Shown here: positions 63,976-64,000 of the stretch, in pieces
Layout of the letters: every line of letters begins with the position of its first letter
How positions within the stretch are numbered: position 1 is the first letter of the stretch
DNA from: Catajapyx aquilonaris
Taxonomy: Eukaryota
NCBI GenBank assembly: GCA_000934665.2
Contig: KZ538255.1
Location: 1 to 64,000 of the forward strand
Direction: 5' to 3'
DNA: 64,000 bases
Position numbers and translations under genes: made by a program
Notes under the pieces: model-generated
Told to the model about the DNA's origin: nothing
Databases searched by the model: none
The model's input: the letters and a program-made list of their open reading frames with translations, nothing else

Positions 63976-64000
63976 TGCGTAGTAGTGTATTCACAGTCTG

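Overview
Eukaryotic (most likely insect/arthropod) genomic DNA with spliceosomal introns; no prokaryotic features. I assembled five protein-coding genes by hand from splice sites, with reading-frame phase consistent across every junction. They are MED13 (Mediator kinase module, +, 5'-incomplete, 26 exons seen), Cytospin-A/SPECC1-like (-, two alternative N-termini), a Myb/SANT-like (MSANTD/trihelix) DNA-binding protein (-), PPM1D/Wip1 phosphatase (+), and an uncharacterised SAM-like + Cys2His2 protein (-). Introns and the 27-43 kb region are dense in non-autonomous elements (tRNA-derived SINEs; Harbinger-, Kolobok-, piggyBac- and pogo-type MITEs; Helitron/HINE fragments) and minisatellites. I did not find a convincingly new biological system. 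The best leads are three probable GC-AG introns, a Cytospin start region that doubles as a splice acceptor, a two-exon His/Pro insertion in MED13, possible ancient MED13-PPM1D(-SPECC1) linkage, a possibly Harbinger-derived SANT gene surrounded by Harbinger MITEs, and the orphan SAM/zinc-finger gene. Family assignments come from motif recognition, not database searches.
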